Of a stretch of DNA of 64,000 bases, positions 56,355-64,000 are shown piece after piece. Each line of letters opens with the position of its first letter. The first letter of the stretch is position 1. Source of the DNA: Eledone cirrhosa (Eukaryota); assembly GCA_964016885.1 (NCBI GenBank), contig OZ024752.1, forward strand, positions 2,976,001-3,040,000, given 5' to 3'. The position numbers were made by a program, and so were the translations under genes. The notes beneath the pieces were generated by a model. That model did not search any database. It was not told the origin of the DNA and worked only from the letters and a program-made list of their open reading frames with translations.

Positions 56355-56620
56355 GTTTGAGAGGGTCGTAGGAGTAGAATCCTCAAACGCTTCTTCCGGC
56401 AGGTCCTGTCAGAAGCAAACGTCTCAAACCGATCCTGGATCCCCAAGCGAGACCATCCAAGCTTATGGATTTTATCCAATCAAGTTCCTCGGGGTCTACA
56501 CTTGGGTTTCGTACCGGTTTGTTTGCCCGTAAAATATATCCAGCGATTCATTGCTCAGACATTCGAACCACATGCATTGGCGCTGTGATCTCTTGATGAG
56601 TATAAGTAACGGCTCTACCA
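56355..56620 (-). mobile_element. RTE-clade LINE 3' fragment (same family as 11465-11950)
   Basis: Minus strand GTKPKCRPRGT*LDKIHKLGWSRLGI; nucleotide match cagaagcaa.cgtctc...gatccccaagcg. Confidence 0.7.
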
Positions 56621-58374
56621 GGATATTATTAGTAAAATTTAGTATTTGACTTTTGTCTACAAAATGGGTCATCAGAGAAAATAAATTACTTAAACAATCC
56701 TTTATTCATACATAGGTATCTGTCCTAACTACTGCGATTACAAAGGTTTGCTGTCTATTATTTATAAAATTTCTATTCATTTAAGTATTTTTTTTATTTA
56801 TTTCTTCACCCAAATTTCTTTGATATCTTTTCAGCATTGACAATCAATTGATTTGCTTCAGTTGAATCTTGTACTATATCATAGACCGACCGAATATAAT
56901 ACTGCCGCCTTCCTCTAATGTTATTTTAAAAATAGGAAATCCCCTATCTACACCCCTGACATGCAATAATAAAAAAAAGTAACATTAAGAAAACGAAAAA
57001 TTCAAATTGTCTTCAACTATTTTGTTTTTTGTTTCTAAAATAAAACAAAGGATTAAATGAAACCTATATTGAATTGCTTTGACTGTTAGCAAATTGTCTA
57101 TGCCAAATGCCAAAAAAAATCGATGTCAAAACATCTAAAATGAAGAAAAAAGCGAAAATAAAAGCAAAACAAGAAAGATCTAATTTAATGAATTGAATGC
57201 TGAGTCCAATTTAGGGATTTGATTTTTACTTTTAATTAGATTTTTTATTTATTTAACAAACACCTAATGTACTAGACATTTTCTGTTTGATTTAAATTAT
57301 CTGGCTATGATCTTTTGAAGAAATTTCATTGGTGTGTAATTTCTCATTTTGATTTTAGGTATTTTACAATATTAAGAATGTTAATAATTGAAACGTTTCT
57401 ATTGCCCCAGTCCTTTCTTTGAAACTATGTGTACATTAATTGTGGAAAATCTATGGCTTCAATTGAATTGTAAATACATAGAAAAGAAAAAAGAAACGTT
57501 GTTTTTATTTATGTAGAAAAGGGAATAGTTTTTTTTTTATTTATATAATATAATCAGTTTGAAAGAACAGATTTAGCTCAAACTTCATTTCTTATTTTAC
57601 ATTCCAATGAGAAAATCCTAACATTGAATTAAATAAATATAATTCACCACCCCTTGATAAGAAAACGTTTACATGTAGCATGTAATTTTGCATTACGTTT
57701 GAATAATTTGGTTTTCATTTAACCATTCGAAATCTTCTCAGCATCTGCAAATTAAAACAATAATTTAACATTTATAATAGAAACCTGATAACTCTTGGAA
57801 TTAACACATTTGAAATGAAATGAACGTGTTATGTTTTCAAATTTGCTATATAGCCTTAATCAAACAGTGTATGACCGGAGACATTCCAAAGATAGCCAAC
57901 CTGTCATGTTTTTTCAGACATAATACATTTCGATATGTATTATCAAATGTGGTTTTTAAGTTAGTATGTCATATCAGTTGCTGAATAGCCTACATATCTA
58001 GGCAAAGCAACTCATCAATCCCCCCCCCCATCCCTATTTACCTTCTCTGACTATTTTCCTTGTGTGCAGGAAGTCTTTTCAGGGTGTCATACTCCTTCGT
58101 AGAGTCGTTCTGTACACGAAATCCGAAACCGCGTGTTGCGGCTGTCGAGAATTCACCTCTCCATATTGCCCTGTGCATGAGCCCATCCATTGAGTAATCG
58201 TATGTTTATTGGCCTCCCCAGACGCTCACTCTCTCTCACTCTCTCTATTTCTCTCTATATCTCTCTCTCTCTCGCTCTCTCTCTGTATATATATATATAT
58301 TTGAATAAATATATATGTAAAAAGATACGCTCATACACAGATAAGCACAGAAGCACACATCAGATCCACCCACG

Positions 58375-58421
<47 letters not shown>

Positions 58422-58424
<3 letters not shown>

Positions 58425-58680
58425 AATAATAATAAGTTTGAAGACTAAAATGCAAAGAGGGCTCGATAAGGATAAATACATATCAAATATATAGGAACCC
58501 TAGAGCAAATAATTATATATAGCCCTCAGTCTTCAAATTACTTATTATTACGCCGCTGAAGCCCTGGAAATACTCTACGCCAATGGCCACATCTTAAACA
58601 AAAAATCTGAGGCAATTTCGGCTTGTGAACATAAATTGCACAAACATTTCCTGCACCTACAACCCCACATTATACCCTAA
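58422..58680. mobile_element. Family A 3' fragment (minus, 58422-58512) next to a PLE GIY-YIG tail (plus, ~58550-58680)
   Basis: gaagactaaaatgcaaagagggctcgataaggataaata; plus-strand AEALEILYANGHILNKKSEAISACEH resembles the PLE LNKRSE..S.C.H motif. Confidence 0.6.
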
Positions 58681-59088
58681 CGGATAGTACGAACTACACG
58701 CGGATAATTTACGTCTTTATGTGGTAGATAAGTATATGTTATGTTCATACCATTACTTATTTGTATAGTTAAGTATATATTTCCTCTGTTTTGTGAAGGT
58801 ACGTATATTTTCTCGTACGTATATTTACTTGTATTTGTTATAGGCGTATATATTATATTATATATACTGCTACATATGTATATGGTTATGTGTATACGTA
58901 AGTTTTGCGTTTGTGTGTGTTTGCGGGTTTGCAAGTATGTAGGGTGTGTGTATATGTGTAATTTGTGTTTTGGTTGACGTGGTTAAGCGAACATATGTGT
59001 ATTTACATGAATGTATGTGTGTGCGCGCGTTATATGCGTATTTATGTGTATATATTTATATACGTTTATATAACTATATGTATACCCG

Positions 59089-59152
<64 letters not shown>

Positions 59153-59380
59153 ATATATGTTTTATGTGTATTTGGTGTATACGTTCGTATGTGTGCGGGT
59201 ACAGGCGTTGCGAGGGATTTTGTATGTGTGCGTACCTATGGCGGGTGTTTTCGTGTATGCTTGTGTATGTACGTATACGGTTGTGTGCATGTATATATTT
59301 AATTATTGTTGATTTCAATAACCTCTGTAATTTATTTACATTATTCTTAACTCTGAAGCCGAGAATCATTCGGTTTCCTC

Positions 59381-59800
59381 AATAGAATTTCAGTCTACGG
59401 TTTCAGTTATACCATTTACGTGGTTTTGTCTTTGCGTGTAATTGGTCTCAACGAAGATAATACCGACATATTATCTTCATTGCTTCCGTTCATTGCCAGG
59501 GAACGTCTCTATGAACCACCTAATAGAATATTAGTCTACGGCTTCATTTATACCATACACGTGGTTTTGTCTTTGCTTGTTCTTACCTATCCAAATAATT
59601 ACGTATTATCTTCGGCTGTTTTCCGTTCTTTGCCAGGGAACGTCTCCACGAACGAAAGCCTCGACTTCCTGTCTTCCTTCTATTGCAACGTTTTTTTAAA
59701 TATATACTTCTGCGTTCACAGATTGATTTTTTTAGTTTCAGAAGATCCTGTTAAGGGTGAAAGCAGCGATTCTTTGCTTAAACTGTAATCTGTTATTTCA
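59381..59800 (+). mobile_element. Longest family A fragment: two ~140-bp tandem units followed by a variant hammerhead
   Basis: aatagaat..agtctacgg.ttca.ttataccat..acgtggttttgtctttgc...ttgccagggaacgtctc occurs twice (59381-59515, 59522-59655), followed by the CAGAAGA fold. Confidence 0.8.
59718..59793 (+). ncRNA. Type I hammerhead-like fold with non-canonical CAGAAGA (U4A) core
   Basis: acagatt..agttt-CAGAAGA-t-cct-gttaa-ggg-t-GAAA-gcag-cgattct-ttgc-t-t-aaact..aatctgt. Stems I, II and III all pair; CUU triplet. Confidence 0.6.
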
Positions 59801-60010
59801 ATATATATATATATGTAAAAAGGAAAAGAAAATGCTGACATTTTTTACCCAGTGAAAAATACTTTAATTAGGAATCAGTATAAATTAGTAATAAGTTTTA
59901 GATTTAAGTTTTTACCAGTTGCGCATTTCTAATGCTTTCAAAAATGATTTTGAGATAGAGCGCTCGTGATGTTTGCTCCAATATGTATATATACATACAT
60001 ATATACTTAC

Positions 60011-60071
<61 letters not shown>

Positions 60072-60075
<4 letters not shown>

Positions 60076-60305
60076 CTTGACTGACCAGTCTGTTGGGCGT
60101 CCATTCGGTGCCGCTGGTCACAGCACGTCGTCCATTCCTCTCTGGATCGTGCTTTACTCATCCATGTAGTCCCAATCGTATTCTTAATATCGTAACTCCA
60201 CCCTCGTGGAGGCCTTCCAAGTGGTCGTTCCGCTCGCGCGAGTTCCACTCGGCAACTGCGCGGGTCCACAGATTATCGGTGAATCGCGCGACGTGTCTAG
60301 CCTAT
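60072..60305 (-). mobile_element. RTE-clade LINE 3' end
   Basis: Minus strand HVARFTDNLWTRAVAEW / ERPLGRPPRGWSYDI...W...ARSREEW. Confidence 0.8.
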
Positions 60306-60361
60306 CTGCCAATACTGGAATTGATCCATCAAGACAGTTGTGGTATGTCATATATCAATTG

Positions 60362-60431
60362 ATGTATTTTATCTGACGAGGACGTACTGAAAAAACACCA
60401 CAGTACCTTCGAAATATATATAATAAAACAT
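60362..60431 (+). ncRNA. Type I hammerhead ribozyme, intact core
   Basis: ttttat-CTGACGA-gga-c-gtactg-(11 nt)-cagtac-c-ttc-GAAA-tatatata-ataaaa. Perfect 6-bp stem I; predicted cleavage after AUA at 60422. Confidence 0.8.
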
Positions 60432-60569
60432 ATTTTGATTATGTGAATGTCTTCATGTATTAATATTCTGAATAAGTTTAATAACTCCAGAAAACTTCAT
60501 TGTAGAGTGCTTTTAATCTATTGTAAAACTATATTCATTGAGCAATCAATGAACCATATTAATCTTTGG

Positions 60570-60619
<50 letters not shown>

Positions 60620-60627
60620 GTATAGAA

Positions 60628-60658
<31 letters not shown>

Positions 60659-61950
60659 AGAGAGAAAAAGAGGGAGTGACAGAGAGAATATTTGTGAAAT
60701 GATTATTGAAAAAATGATGTAGCATTTATAGCAATTGATAACACTACACTTTAATATGTTTGTCACTTAAAGCCAAGTATATGTGAAGGTTAGATTTCCA
60801 ATCTAAATTTTTTTTATTGTAGATATTATTGATTTGGATTCATTTGCACCATCCCCAAACATCTTTATTTCTTCCAAATCTTTCTTCGGAACATTTATTT
60901 TTTGTGAAAGTTTGGCACTATTTAATGACACTGCCAAATTCTTATGCATAATCTTGTATATGTCAACGAACTTCCTAACCTGTTAAAGAAATCGCTATTA
61001 GCCCTTGAGATAAATATGGCATTGAATATGTAATGTTGTACATCTATGCTAATTATACTGTTCTTTTTTCATTCTTATCCATGTGTAAATTCGCTGCATG
61101 ATATTCTCATTGGGATTGGCTATTAAACGGAAGAGATGTGCTGAGACTTTAGATGAAACAGCGCGCACATATTTTTCCTAAAAGCGATGATGAATGAGTG
61201 AGAACATCTGACAATTTACAAACCCCTTTAACCAATCGTTTAATGAAATACACGACACATATGTGAAATTAATGTTGAATATGTTCAGGATTTGAAGTAT
61301 TTAGTAATATACCTAAGTTGATCTTTATTAAGATGGCATTTTCTCTGATGGTTTTAATTTAGCTACGACTACTTTAAAACAAGAGGTTTTGTATAATTCA
61401 ACCGGAGGTGATTTTATCTGGATTACATTCACTAGGTTAAATTAAGGTTTGCGGATAGGAAACAAATAATTAAAATTACTACAAATATTTCTTTGGATTT
61501 TTCTTTATTTTTTTTTTCAGCGGAAATAAGATTTTGAAATATTTAATTTGAAGTGTTTCATTTTGAGTGCTTTGATCAAATATTTATAAAAAGTTAGCCT
61601 TCCAGAGTGAGAAAAAAAGAAGCATAATCTAATACAAGCAAAATTTAAAATTGTATATTGCTTTTGGTCTGTTTTACATGGGAAATATTTTTAGAGTTAA
61701 TTTTAATATTTTTCATAAAATGTTTCTCAAAATCTAAGAATGATATGAGAAGAAAATATGAGGTGAGATTCTAAATATTCAACCTTTCACAAGTTATTAA
61801 TCAGTCATAATGGCATAGCCATGGCTGCGTAGTTAAGGACTTCGGTGTGCAAGCATGTGAATTCCTATATATACCCATTCCGTGGGAACTTGTATAAATG
61901 ATTGTACACCTCAAATATAAACTCAAGTACTCAAATAATTTGTTGGTGTA

Positions 61951-62510
<560 letters not shown>

Positions 62511-62533
62511 ATATATATATATATATATAGTTA

Positions 62534-62685
62534 CTAGCTGAGGTACCCTGCTGCACCCGGGAGAAAAGTTAAGTAAAGACGGATAAAAGAAAAAAACGAA
62601 TGTATTGGATGTATTGTCTGGTTTACAGTATCAGGTGAGACCAGAATTTGTGTGCGTGTACGTGTGTGTGTATGTGTGTGTGATT

Positions 62686-62761
<76 letters not shown>

Positions 62762-63358
62762 AAAATCCTTATTAGGCTAATGGAGTAAACTGCCGATTAA
62801 ATGGTAGCGTTGGCCTTGGATTTTAAATGTTCTGAAATAATCATAGTCCGTATGATATTTTTTTTAGCTCCAAAGGACGTCTGAAAAGCAGCAATATATT
62901 GCATAACATTGCTTCTAAAGTGTATGGAAACAGTACATGGATAAAAGCTGGATGGTCATCTATCAGTGGAAGTCTGACCTTTCCTCTTAAGAAACACATG
63001 CCAAGTGTAATATCCATGCTACCAATCGCGACTTAAGGATCATTTCTCTAATTATTCGATTGATCATATGGAAACCCTTGCTATTAGCCAGTAAATGCTA
63101 CGTTGCAGATTCATTTCTGTTCGTCGGATTTGCATCGCAACTGTCATTGCCTCTTCGTGCTTTTCATATTGAACCTCTGTTTATTACGATAGTCTTTCTC
63201 CTTGTCTTAGTCATAGGTGAATTTCAACTAGTAACAAGTTTTACTATGTTCTGCAAATTCAAAGACTCGTGTAAGACGACTTTATAAAAGCTAACGCAAA
63301 ATTGTTAAACATTTACTGATACTTAGTAGTTTAAGCCGATACCAGACTTTAGCGGCGC

Positions 63359-63440
<82 letters not shown>

Positions 63441-63898
63441 CTATCTGTCTCACTCTATCTCTATCTCTATCTATCTATCTCTCTCTCTCTCTCTTTCTCT
63501 CTCTCTATCCGCCTCTCTCTCTCTATCTATATATCTCTGTCTCTCTCTGTCACTTTCTCTCTCTATCTCTCTAAGTATCTAACACTTTAATTGTATCCCT
63601 GTTTGTATAACGGAATTTCTCTCTCGCTGCTTCTCCCTCACTCCCTCTCTGTCTTTAGATGTATGTATGTGTGTGTATGTATGTGTGTTCGTTATGTCAG
63701 TCGTCATGGAAACGTATGTATACTCACACACACATACACTCTCATATACACTCACACACATATGTATATGTATTTGTAGATGTATATGCGTGTTTAATTA
63801 TCTGTGAAGTCTATTAGATTAAATATTTACGTGAAGATAATATGTATGCAACTTATTAACGTCTAACGCATGTAACGAACGTTTTATATATAGAGAGA
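62534..63898 (-). mobile_element. Internally deleted Helitron with Rep N-terminal remnant
   Basis: Minus 5' end (A|TCTC)TCTATATATAAAACG near 63894-63898. Translation of ~62865-63090 is GFPYD...VAIGSMD..GMCFLRGKVRLP...FRSNVMQYIAAFQTSFG. 3' hairpin cccgggtgcagcaggg then CTAG|T at 62534. Confidence 0.8.
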
Positions 63899-64000
63899 TA
63901 TATAAAACGCAAATAACAAAACACAAGGCTAAAAAATGAATACATTATTTATTTGATTTACATACAGAAAACATCGGAATCAGTCTTATACAAAATATCA

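Overview
AT-rich, repeat-saturated animal (eukaryotic) DNA with no recognisable intact host gene. The SINE families and dense (TA)n/(GA)n/(CA)n microsatellites resemble octopus/cephalopod genomes; this taxon call is inference. Almost all supplied ORFs are microsatellite artefacts (poly-IY, poly-ER, poly-SL). Recognisable content is decayed mobile DNA: two CRE-like RT+RLE non-LTR retrotransposon copies (13.1-15.2 kb, 42.4-44.3 kb), three Helitrons (one with a PIF1-helicase pseudogene, one with a Rep N-terminal remnant), R4-like and RTE-like LINE fragments, tRNA-derived SINEs, and many Penelope-like element (PLE) remnants. The main hidden signal, found by reading the DNA by eye, is a dense set of type I hammerhead ribozyme (HHR) folds from roughly ten unrelated PLE-terminus-like families. 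They usually sit in inverted or foldback arrangements bounded by (TA)n tracts. They include apparently intact canonical copies, a U3-A8 compensatory-core family, and a multi-copy family with a non-canonical CAGAAGA (U4A) core. All folds were derived by hand; none is computationally or experimentally validated, and coordinates of decayed elements are approximate.
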